Under the pieces are notes generated by a model. The model was not told where the DNA came from. It searched no databases and worked only from the letters and a program-made list of their open reading frames with translations. Below, one piece after another: positions 62,790 through 64,000 of a stretch of 64,000 nt of DNA (position 1 is the stretch's first letter; each line of letters starts with the position of its first letter). Origin of the DNA: Podarcis liolepis (Eukaryota); assembly GCA_965112155.1 (NCBI GenBank), contig OZ218109.1, one strand, 5' to 3'. A program made the position numbers and the translations under genes.

Positions 62790-63208
62790 GTGATAGCAAA
62801 TCTGCGTATTAGTAATAGGTTGAAGGAATAACAATGCTGCCCCTTTAAGAAAAGATAGTGCCTTTTCCCCCTTTTGAGACCCCAAGGCAGGTTGGGAAAT
62901 GTAGGCACACCAATAGTCTACTTTCTATTGGCTCTGCCAGAGAGCAGGAAAATACCTCCCTCCTATTGGCTCTGGCCAGAGCGGGAAGAAGCCTCCCTTT
63001 CTCCTTTGTAATCTAGTGACAGCCTAGTTATGGCAAAGTCCAACAAGAAGGGCAAACTCACTTTGTCCTTACAGAGCTCCACAGAAAACTTTATTCAGAG
63101 CCATAGCACAGCCTATTGGAATGCAAGCAATATTTCTACATGTGCCTCAATTATCTTCAATAAATCTATGTATGAGAGCTTTGTGGAGTTTTGTTAATAC
63201 TATCCACA
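62790..63208 (+). mobile_element. Possible ERV-like LTR
   Basis: Repeated CTATTGGCTCTG (CCAAT boxes), AATAAA near 63158, ends in CA; boundaries and TSD not established. Confidence 0.3.
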
Positions 63209-64000
63209 AAGAGAGAGAAATCTCCAGACAGAACAGTAAGGACGAATGAATGATGCGCTCTCTTTCTCCCTAACAAGAATTTGCAACTGAAAGTGGTTTA
63301 CAAATCAGCCTTCCCTTTGTGCATGTGAAACCAGCCCTGTTGGTCTCCCAGAGCAGTTTACAAATGCAAACAAGGTTCTCCAAGTATCAGCCTGCAAGTT
63401 GACTAGCCCTGGATTCTCCCTGCCTATGCTCTGCATTGAAGAAAAGTGCACCCTGCTTTTCCTAGCAACTCTGCAAACTTATGCAACTCAGTAACTCTCC
63501 TCACCCAGCAAGCCTTCTCCACTGCAATTCCATTGAAGTGCTAATTCTCCACTGCAAAGCCCACATACCTTCTCAAACAGCTAAACTGAAAGATTACAGG
63601 AATAAAACCCTCCAGAGAAAGCCACACCTCATCTAATGTTGAGATATGGTACCGCAGCCTGCCAATTTTAAGTGTATTTGAACCAGATTCTTAAAGAAAA
63701 CGGGAGACCATTCTGAAAACACAACCAAACAGGGGAAGAGACAGGAAGTAGCTTCTGATACAACTAATTGGTGACACAGGGTCTTCAGGTCAAAACAGAC
63801 TTAGGAAGCTGACCCCCCAAATGAGAGCTACCTTAGAGGAACAGAAGGCAAATCAGCTAAGGCGGCTTGACAGAGGCTGCAGAAAGACATTCTGGAGACT
63901 GATGGTGCAACACTCCTGGAGAATATGCCTCACCAGAGGACCCGCTTGGCCAAACGCCTGGTGCAATGGGCATCTTACACAGATTGCCCCTCCGCCATTT

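Noticed and set aside
62370-64000. ACVR2B exon 3 (Cys-box CCC.G..CN)
   Set aside because: No such coding sequence found on the minus strand; exons 1-3 must lie outside the window.

Overview
Vertebrate genomic DNA, almost certainly from a squamate reptile and probably a lacertid lizard (Sauria SINEs, BovB/RTE, CR1, L2, L1 and many small DNA-transposon MITEs). Two spliced protein-coding genes lie in tandem on the minus strand. (1) The 3' part of ACVR2B (activin receptor type IIB): exons 4-11 at 62369-40086, exons 1-3 outside the window, and an inferred ~9.9 kb 3'UTR ending near 30200. (2) A complete six-exon EXOG (mitochondrial endo/exonuclease, ENDOG-like) at 24573-6101, 1152 nt CDS, 383 aa, SRGH active site, with a CpG-island promoter. 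All exon boundaries were read by eye as GT-AG and keep frame. There are two assembly gaps. I found no rRNA, tRNA or CRISPR features and no demonstrably new biological system. The best leads are: a GATA/T-box/NKX motif cluster in EXOG intron 5 (candidate SCN5A cardiac enhancers, by mammalian synteny); an apparent one-codon deletion in a conserved EXOG motif; inverted MITEs flanking ACVR2B exons 8-10; the long miRNA-site-rich ACVR2B 3'UTR; nested CR1/BovB insertions abutting the EXOG promoter; and an unexplained exon-like block between the two genes.
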